49,824 bases of DNA from Klebsormidium nitens. Taxonomy: Eukaryota; Plantae; Klebsormidiophyceae. Positions 36,397 through 46,700 of this stretch are shown piece after piece. The notes under the pieces were generated by a model that searched no databases, was not told where the DNA came from, and saw nothing but the letters and a program-made list of their open reading frames with translations. The position numbers and the translations under genes were made by a program. The stretch spans positions 1 to 49,824 of the forward strand of contig DF237575.1 of the NCBI GenBank assembly GCA_000708835.1, read 5' to 3'. Position 1 is the stretch's first letter; each line of letters begins with the position of its first letter.

Positions 36397-37758
36397 ATCT
36401 TGTTTGGTGTGAGTTTGAAGCAGATTAAAGCGGGGAACGTTGACATAGCAACCTGGCTTATAATCAAGTGAATAAAAATATGGTGCAAAAGATTTTCAGA
36501 CTGACGAGATCCAAGATACGCACAACGGAAAGATCAAGTCAAATGAGACCCAGTCCTTAGGTCATTTGTTGAAGGAGCAAGACTATTTTCATGGGCTTTG
36601 GATAATTTGATTCGAGAGTGGTTTATACTGGTCGTTGGTCATATGGCTCAATAATAACGGCTTGGAGAGGCAGTGATTCGTACAGATTTGGCCGTGGTGC
36701 AGTGTCTAACAATCATATTGAAAAAGTTACTTGATACGTGCACGAGATCAGTCTGATTGTCCTGTTTATATAATCAGGTCAAACAGAGCGAGATTTCAAA
36801 CGTCGGGCCTCTTTAGCTCCTGCCTTTAGGGCAACCATGGCATTTCCCCCTTCTCGAAGTGCCACGTCTTGGCAACCAGGCTCTTCATGTGAATTCTATA
36901 CTGTATTCTAAATGCGACTGAAGTCTCTGCTTATGAAGGCTCAGGATCTGCACATATGCGGGCCGGCGGCCGCGACCATCAGCTGCCATTGCGCGATCGG
37001 CTCTGCTTGGCGGCCCGCGAGGGAACGTGCATGCAAGCAGACCCGGCACGCTCTACAAGGTGCCTTCAGCTGTCGCGTGCCCAGAACCGAGTCAGTGAAA
37101 GTTGCTAGTTGCAGCGGGCTCGTACTTGTCTGAGAATCATCAACAGTTGCACCAGAAAGACAGATGCGATGCTAAAACCTGCATTCCCGATTGTTTTCGT
37201 CGACGATGGGCATAACTCCATTGTACTTCTCGGACTATATCATGCATGACAGCAAACATTAGGCTTTTTGATGTGAGCTGCGTACGTTGCATATGGGCTA
37301 CCATGTAGGCCGTAGAAGCCGCGCAGATTGAATGTGCACACACCGCAACAGTAAACTTTAGTCGGGACTGCATCATTGCAGTTGCCTTCAGATGATCAGC
37401 TTGACCCTCTAGCTCGACGTAGCACGAAGAGCCGCAATGCGAAGCAATAACGCTGGTGCCGACTGTACAGTTTTTTTTTCAATGATTGTGGTCCCGCTTG
37501 ATTGGGCAGATTGGACACAGGCTTAGCTCAGAATCGTATGCTCGCGGTACGTATTGATGAGTCATGGAAGCATATTGAAACAAGTGCATCTCCGTACACT
37601 GCGTTTGTATACAGCTAGTATGCTTGAATCAGTACTGTTGAGAATCATCCGCAGAGTGACCAACGGGCATCTGCTTTGCCTGAATCCTAGCAGTATAGGA
37701 AACCCGCCACGGCTGGGATCGACAAGGAGGTCTTGAAAGCTCGCGGTCAATCTGCAAG

Positions 37759-40700
37759 TTACAAGATTTGTTGAAGCCAAGGGTTGGCTGCCGCGTCCTG
37801 CTCTAACGACTTTTTTAGGTCCTCCGCAGCTTTCACTGCCTCGTCGGGGCTCATCTGATCAATCGGCAACGCGGCAAAGTCCCGCAGAAAGGCGCGCACG
37901 CGGGCGGCTCCCCGTGCGGTGTCGTCCGGCCCGGACACCCGTTTCCGTTTTGCGCCGACCTGCCGGCAAGAACAAGGCAAATCAACCACGGCTGACAAAA
38001 GCATGCCGTTCCTTGCAGAACGACACTGTTGGCGATGTATCAGCTCTCGGTTGACCACACTGTCCGAAGCTTACTGAACGGGATCCACTTTTGGTCCGCA
38101 CAGGACTGACGTGGACTCAACCGCATCGATCCGTCCGTTCGCGCACGAGGCCATGACCTGGGGTCTCAAAGCCGTTGCTTTCTTCCTCTCAGACTCGATG
38201 AAGAATATCGAGCATTCCTTTAGTAGGCTCCACGCAGTACGAAGGTTGCGCAAAGGAGCCTTTTCAAACCACACGACTCACCTCCCCGTCTGCCTGCTGG
38301 TCGGCAGGTGTGAAGTCTTCGAGCTCCTCCGCCTTTTTCCGCGCGAGCGCCACCACGTTCTCGGGAAAGTGCGCAAACTCGGCCACGTAAATACCAAAGC
38401 TCTGGTCGCACGGGCCTTCCTCAACCTGTAACACAGCAAACCGTGCTCAGCATTCAAGGTGGGCGTCGCGGTTTGCGAGACGTCAGCCGCTATCTCCGAC
38501 GGCGCAAATAGTCAACAGCAACAAAGACTTTCGAAACACGAGCTACAGAAATACGAGACAACGATGAACGTCCGAGTCGCGGGAAGACCTCTTGAAGTGG
38601 GCGTCGCTTTGCATGGAACAATCCAATCGCACGGTGTCCAAATTCCAGGCCGACAATTTCACCGTCGTAAATTTCGACCTGAGGAAGACAGGCTCCGAAA
38701 TGCGCACCTAGCGGACGTCTTCTTCCTCTGTCAACCCCTTCTCGGAAGACTGGGTCGCCGATACTAGATCAACTAGTAACGAGCAGAAATCCTAAAAGGT
38801 CCTCTGATCATGTCCAAAGGACAGGTCAACACTCCACATGGCCTTGACACCTTTTCTCAGCCTAGGAACCAGCCCTCACCTTGTACAGCATCGTGAGTTT
38901 CCGCGTCTCCTCGTCGATGTGCGCGCTGACGTGGTAGTTGGCCACCCCGACCGGGGGACCCCTGGGGGGCCCGTGCACCGGGGCTTGCCCGGCGGTGCTG
39001 GCGAGGGCGGTCAGCTCGTGGAAGTGGGTCGCGAACAGAGTCGGCGCGCGCGTGACTTCGGTCAGGTACTCGCAGATGGCCCAGGCAAGACCTGCAATCA
39101 GAAGAAGAGGTCAGCGAGTAGAACTAACGTTCGCACAAGAACGGATGGGCAAAGCTCTTGACTTTGCTTCAGGTACCTTGAAAGTTTGAAGTTTAGGACC
39201 ACGTTTGGACCACGTTTGAGTGATGAATTTGTAAGGGCTTCAGATATGGATCCCGATTGATTGATGCGGGTGACTTCGCTCGAGTAATCTCAGCTGGCCC
39301 GCGTGCAGCAAGTGAATGTTGCAAAAGGTCCCAAACCGAAGTTTGGGCGTTTTTCTTATTACAGTGCGAGGGTCAACGTGAAACGGCGCGTAAGGAGCAT
39401 ACTGAGCACGCGCGCAAGGTTGATCGGGGACTGGCAGATACCGACGATACTCAACGGGCACAAAGACCAAAAAAACAACATGGCTGACGTCAGCAGTTTG
39501 TGTCAGTGTCTTTGATCGTAGACCGGTTTGCAACGACAGGTTGACCGCCAACGCCGTCAGCTGTCTGCTCACCGAAGCCGTCGTAGGTGGACGTCCCCCG
39601 CCCTAGTTCGTCGATGATGATGAGCGAGTTCTGGGTGGCCGCCTTCAGGATCGCGCTCGTCTCCAGCATCTCCGCCATGAACGTCGACACGCCGCGCAGC
39701 TGACGAAGTACAAGAAGCGGACGGTCAGGAACCAGCGCTTACAGGACTAGAAGGATCGTTTTCGCACCCTCTCATCATGCCCGCTGAGCGTCTGCCCTTT
39801 TCAATTCCAATTGGGCTCTGGTTTCAAACCATTTTCGTCCAAGGGTTGCGGCATTGACGAGGTCCTTGAATCGTTATGAGAGGCAGTTTTGACGTTGTTT
39901 CTAACACTTTCGTACAAATTCCGACACGCGGCCCCTTGACACAACGGTACAAGCGGATATGCAGGACGGAAGGTGATGTGAGCGCAACTTGAAGAAGACC
40001 AGTGCGGAGGTTGCTTCCGAAGCATCTGAATAAGGGGCCGCCTTAAGAGAAGTAACACTTGTGGGATGCTACTTTGTTGCAAAGTAACCGCTGCTGAGTG
40101 TTTGTGACAAGCTGGGACCCGATATTCTGGACACTCGGCACGATAAGGCAGATCGGAAAAGAACGCGAAGTTGCTCGGGTCAATAGAAAAACCCTCAAGG
40201 TCAATGCAAGAATCGGAAAAGAACGCGAAGTTGCTCGGGTCAATAGAAAAACCCTCAAGGTCAATGCAAGAAACAAAGCAACATGGAGACGCCTTCTATG
40301 CGGAAATAAAGCGAGTCCCAAAACCATTCAAAGTCATTGCGTCTGCTCCTTCCAGCTCACCTGGCAGTCGCCCGCCCCGACGCGCGCGAAGATGCAGTCG
40401 CGCACGCTGATGTCAGCGGAGTCGCAGGGCACGAAGCAGCCGACCTGGGCCATGAGCACGTTCACACCGACCTGCCGGATGAAGGTCGACTTGCCGCCCA
40501 TGTTGGGGCCGGTGATCAGCTGGAACCAGCTCTTGCCGCGCACCTGGGTCAGAGTCTCAGAATGTTAGGTTTAAGAGAAAGGCTTTAGCACTTATGATCG
40601 CGATTAGGAATTAAGATGTTGGATATCGAATTGAGGGTTTCGATGTCGCAAGATTGAACTCGATTGTCCCCATCAAAAAGCAGGCTTCGAACGCGGAACG

Positions 40701-43700
40701 GACTTGGTCAACTCAAGCAGGATTGGATTCTTGACCCGCACCTTGTCAAAATGCTGGCGTTTCTTAGATAGTGATGTCTCTTTGTCAAATTGGAAAAGAA
40801 TCCCAGATGCAGATTCGACTCAATTGGAGAAGACGTGTCATGTTCCAACGGACAGCTCATATTCCCCAAGTGGACAAGTTGCAGCAAAAGCTTTCATGCA
40901 TAAGTGCAGTCTGACCATTCCACACGGCCACAGTAGAGCTGCTCTTACATGTAGCCACTGTAAGAGTCGAGTTTGGTTCGACAAGCAAGGAACTGGAAAA
41001 GAGAATCACAGAAACTGGAGCAGAGAATTACAGTTCTCAGCGAAGTGCGCAAGTTCAAACTTGGGTTACCTTTCTTGGCACAAGGTCAACGAGTCGGCCC
41101 TATTAACAAGTGAAAATAGAAGACCAATCGGTACACACAGTTTGCTTCATAATGGAGGAGCAAGTGCACCAGCTGACGATCGTTCGTAACGACGCTGACG
41201 TCATCCCCTTTCCACTTCTGTAGAACAAGTGGATTCTCCAGTTCGTTTGTTTAGATAAGGTCTCACGGAACTTTTGAGAAGTTGAACATCACACCCGCGC
41301 CGTCTTCAAAGCTCAGTGAGGAAGTCTCACGGAACTGCAAGAAATTAAAACTGACCAGCTTGCAGTCATTGGCGATGAAGCTGACGTCATCCTGGACCTC
41401 GACGCAGGGGTGACGGCTGCCGCGCAGCACGATGTCGCCCTCGTCGCATGACGTCATGGTCGGACGCACGTACGGCAGGGGCGCGTTCACGGACAGGTCC
41501 GCGAAGCTGAGCAACACGTCCAGCTGGCTCACAATTGCGGCTACGGACTCAAAGATCTGGAAAAGAGCAGAAACGACGGTGATGTTTTTCACAATCAAGG
41601 TTGCGGGGTTTAAGATTTTTAGTCGTCTTTCTTGACTTGGTAGCAAACTCGGAGTCGCAACATCCGCGAAGCTGAGCAGCACATCTAATCCGCTCACAAT
41701 GACGGCCACCGACTCGAAAATCTGAGAGTGGAAAGACGAAGCACAGGGCTTGTCGCTTTCTTTCGTCTGAGCTCCCCTTCTATATTGTTCAAGCCAGAGT
41801 GTATCTTTCTTGGCATTTATCAATGAAAGAAAGCGAAAAACAGAAAGCTTTGCGGACACGAGCAGCGCCCACGTTGGCGGCTACGGACTCAACGATCTAG
41901 AAAATGGGAGGCACGGTGGCTTATGTGCTTATTTTCAGTTCGGTTTTTCCCGTTTTTATCAACTGCATCTGACGAGGAGTCTGCAGAGTTTGTCAAAGAG
42001 GGCACTTCGAGGTCTGAAGCAGAGTCCAGCTACAATGAGGAACTCTTCTCGATCGATAAAGAGGGGGCCCCTCAAAGGTTATCATGATTTAAAGAAGTTG
42101 CGAGGAGCTGGTAGAAATTGCTCCAGAATGTAAAAGAGTGATATACTCCCCCTTCGAAGCAAACAAGCCCTCGCCGGAGCGAAGGTCCGACCCATTCCGA
42201 CGGTCCGGTTCAAAGCCGCCGACAAGAGTACCTAACCCCGATACAGTCAAAGCGAAACCTCAAAAAGGCGCCCCCACAAATGACGCCGCAATATTGACGA
42301 CCGTCTTGACCAGCATCATTACCTTGTTGCTGTTATTACCCTCCATAACCGCATACCAAAACCCCAAAATGTCACCTCCACAAGCAACGCTTCCGACCAG
42401 CACCTTCCGCGTGGTGTTGTAAACTAAGCCTTGTACCAAGACCCAGAAAACTTACTCCACAAACGACGCCGCGATGTTGACCACCGTTCCGACCAGCTCC
42501 TTTGCGTGGTGACTCTTCACAACTCTCGTACCAGAACCCAGAAAACTTACCTCCACAAACGACGCCGCGATGTTGACGACCGTCCTGACCAGCTCCTTCT
42601 GCGTGGTCTTATGTTTGACTCTCCTTAACCCTCGTACCGAAACCCAAAATCTTACCTCCACAAACGACGCCGCGATGTTGACCACCGTCCCGACCAGCTC
42701 CTTTTGCGTGGTGTTGTAGTCCTCCGTCAGCTTGACGTACGTGTCGCTCAGCCGCTTGAGCTTGCTGGTCGAGAACTTGACGCCGTCCTTGCGCGTCTCC
42801 ACCATGTGGTACGGCGTCGTCGTGATCTTCTTGCGGTACTTGGGCTCCTCCTTCTTCGTCAGCCGGAACACGTGCCCGTGCTGCGGTTTTAAATGTTGCA
42901 GGTTAGGGTTTTGCGATTTAGGATCAAGCCTTTTAAGGTCTCGAGGTCTCAGGTTGCAAGATTCTGAAGTGTCGAAGTGTTACCACTGAGTAGAATGGAG
43001 ATTAGGAGGATCCTCTCGTGGGACTTGGGCTCCTCCTTCTAGGTCAGCCGTGCCGGTGCCGTGCGAAAACACAAGGTCAGACTTTGGTGCGTTGCATGGG
43101 TCTGGCCTCAGTGTGTCTTGTGTCTTTTCAAGTGCCTTTTACGTCTTGGTCAGCAGAAGTACTTACTCGCGCTGAGGTGCGAAGTTCCGGCTTCCTGTTT
43201 TGACAGTTCCAAAGTTCAGAATTCAATGGATGGCTTACTTGCTTCTGCTCGGCTTCCGCTGCTTGCGCTGTTCTATCTCAGCCAGGCCCAAAAGTAGGCC
43301 CCACGTCAGAAGGGGCGAAGGCATAAGCGTTCATGATTTTGACTATGGCCTTCGCCGTCACTCACTTCTCCCCCTCAAGAGAACCTGCGGCTTTACAAGT
43401 GCCGCTAGCGCTTTTGCTTTAAGTGTCTCCGTCTCGAATTCGCTCTTGTCCTCGACGTATACCTTTGCTGCGCTTTCCACTCGTACTGGGAAAATTATCC
43501 TACAACAAAACTCTGCGTACTCAAAAAAGCGGAACCACAATCAGAACCAGAAAGATACAGAAGCACAAATGGCCAGATCTCAGCGACGGATTCCGTCCAA
43601 CCCACCTGCGGATTTCGGTCCAACTTGAGCACCTTCTCCACGTCCTGCCCCTTGAGCCCCAGATACCGCGCCGCCTCCGCATACACGTCCCGGATCTGCG

Positions 43701-46700
43701 CCTCACACTTATCTCGCTCGTCTTTGATCTTCTGCAAACTGGGATCATACCCTGGCGCGATGATATACTCCCCGTGTTCGATCTGGTCCAAGTCGACCGC
43801 TGTCTCGACCAGGCCCTCGTACTTGCCCAGCTGCTCCGCTGTGCTGTGCTTTTTCAGGGGGTCCGTATAGCTGCGGAAAGGAAGGGGGAGGAAGGAGTGT
43901 GCTTTCCAGGGGGTCGAAGTTGCTGACACTTGAGACAGTGATCTAATTTGTGCTGTATTTTGGGCACACATACACGCTTCTTGATCACGAGCAATCTTCG
44001 GTTCGAGATGCAATGGGTCTCATCTACTGTGCCTTCACAGAGATAGTAAGGTTGTAACCAGAAGTTCTCGAAGCAGGAGGACTTTGACAAGGGCAAAAGA
44101 GTTGGGCCTGTGAAGCAGCGCAATGTCGGGAGTTGAGGGCACGCTCGGGCCCCTTAACCTCGCACCCAAGATGTTTTCGACGAGGTGTTCGATACTTCTA
44201 ACAAAGGCTGGGAGTGCAGTAGATTGTTGAATTCTGTAAAATTCGCACCTGATAAATTGCGGACAGGCCGTGATACAGTTCGGATGCGAGGTTAGGGTGC
44301 CCGAGACGAGTGAAAGGGTGGAAACAGGGAGCGTTGTTCGGAGAAGGGGAAGGGAGCGACATGGGGCAAATGCGAGCTGCTTGCGGGACCCAAAGTCGGG
44401 CCTGCTCGACATTACAGCTGTAGGGACCTCGCCAGAGTGGTGCGTTTCCGAAGTTTCTAAATTACTGGCATGAGGAAGGACTCATTAACGGCCTCGAGCA
44501 AGGAGCGGATAGGGGACTCATTACATGAAAGAAACGTTCACCAACTCTTCTGAGGTGAAAGGCAGAGGAGGGCAAAGGAATCTGGTGGCTTAAACGGGGG
44601 CGCGACTTTCAGCTTATTCATCGATGATGGGAGACACAATGCTGTCTCTGACCATTCGGAAACAGCAAGTTTCAATGAAGATGGCGGCCAAGTTTGATCA
44701 GGAACCAGCCAGCTTGAGTCGATGCACTCGAGCCGGAGTCTCACCAAGCCTGACAGAGCTGAGGCACCGTTCCCTTCGGGGCAGGCGACAGAAAACTGAC
44801 ATGAAGCCTCACCTTTCTGATAAAAGAGGCTCAAACTCGCCCTCGTATCGCTGTAGGACACCGGTTATGATCGGCAATCGCACGCTGGCCTGTAAGGCCA
44901 AGAAAAGAGTACATTCAGTATACTCCTTTGGTAGCGTGACGCTGTATGTCGTAGGTGCGTTCAAACAAATGCTTCGAACGCCTGAGTACCAAGGCTGGAG
45001 CTCTTGAAGGGAGTCATTTCGACGATACACACGCTGGTCTACTTTCCATTCGCCTGCCCAAAACTTTCCACCCGGTCGACAATCATCCAAAAGCTCAGCA
45101 GCCTCTCTTCGTAGGAGCCGATGTATCGCCAGAAAAATGAGACGGAGAAAGAGAAGAACTGGAAAGAAAGATTCGCGATACCGACCTGGTATAGTTTGAC
45201 GATGTCCGCGAGGCTGGCCCGCTTGGTCTCCAGCTTCCGGGCGAGCCGCTCGATGTCCGGAATCCGCTTGAGCTGGAAGCGGAGGTCCTGCCGGACGGAA
45301 GCGTCCTCCACGAACGCGGCCACCACGTCGTGCCGCTTTCCGATCTGCGTGCAAAGAAGCAAACAAACGAATCAGACACTCGGAAATGAAGGGCGAACAT
45401 TAGGTCTTCATGTAACGAAAGTCCTGCTTTTGCCGAGCGTTCTCTCCAGAAAGCAGTAGACGGGTACAATGACAAGGGACACTTATCGGTCGCAATAATA
45501 ATGCTGCAAAAAGCTCAAGAACGAGGACGGAGCGAGAGCTCTTGCTTCTTTCGCATAGTTCTCCTTCAGCAACCACGAGATAAAACGCAACATCGAAGGC
45601 GGTCCTGGCATCTTATCGGTGGACTTTCAGAACGAAATTCTTACACTTTCTGCACGGTCGACAACGCAAATCATCCAAGCCTGCGCAGACGCTAACTTCC
45701 TTGACGTGCATCGGAAAGAGCTCGTCTCATCTCCGTCTGACAATTCGACTTTCTCTTGAACGGCTCATATTTGACCAAGAAGGCTTCGAAATGCGAGATC
45801 CTTCTCGGCACCTACCTGCTTGACTCCTGGCATCTTCCTCCATATAAGAAGTGATTAAGCATCCAAATCAGTTCAAACCACTGCTAGCTGGAGGCTCACC
45901 TGCTCGACAGTTAGGAGCGGTTGCTTAGGAGCCAGCGCCCAGTGTTCGCTCGACGGCTTTAATTGCACAGCCACGAAAAGTTAGTCTGCGAGTTTCTGTC
46001 TTGCGACCCACCTGCTCTACGTCAAGCAGCGGCTGCTTGAGCCAGCGGTTGAGGAGGCGCTTGCCCATCCCCGCCGTGCACGTCCGGTTCATCAGACCAA
46101 ACAGGCTGAACGTCTTGTTCGCGTCCGTTCTGCACAACAGACGCTGGCCCTATTAAGTCTGTCCTTTTCCTTCTTTCTCCTTTGATTTCTCTGCTTGCTT
46201 CTTTGATCGTTCACAGACATCCTTTCATCCGCTTTCCGCCTTGTTTCCACTCTGCCTGCCCTACTTCGTTCACCCGCATCGGCTCCTTTTTCGTTGCTTT
46301 AACTTCCACCCTCTTTCTCTCCTCTTGAATCTTTACTGTCGCTAAATTGTCGGCATGTTTTGAGTGCTGGTTGCCCTTGTCTCCGAACATCGATGACTGA
46401 ACCGAAGCCCTCGATTCAAGCAAAGCCGTCGACTTAGGCAGAGCCGTTCCGACACTACAGGACGAGGACGTCTTTCACGGGCATCAAGCAACTAGCATTC
46501 GCCATGTAGGCACGAATGATCAATGCGGAAGCGGGTGCTGCTCTGAAGGGCGCTCTCTCTGTTTCTCACTTGCTCTCTTGTACGTTGAGCGCCTTGAGCG
46601 CCGCTGCGTCCAGGCGCATATACGTATTGAGGCTGTACGGCTGCAGGTGGTACTTGCCGTAGTTGGTGCTGTCGGCCAGGAGCTCCTGCAAGGGATCGGA

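Larger units (their letters stand above)
3245..41456. repeat. Dispersed, highly iterated palindrome TGACGTCA / GCTGACGTCAGC
   Basis: Hand-counted exact TGACGTCA starts at 3245, 4144, 9112, 16471, 16530, 16633, 16821, 17745, 19483, 20689, 31143, 33000, 33312, 39485, 41196, 41382 and 41449 (17 copies). The full 12-mer starts at 4142, 16469, 32998 and 39483. Confidence 0.85.
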
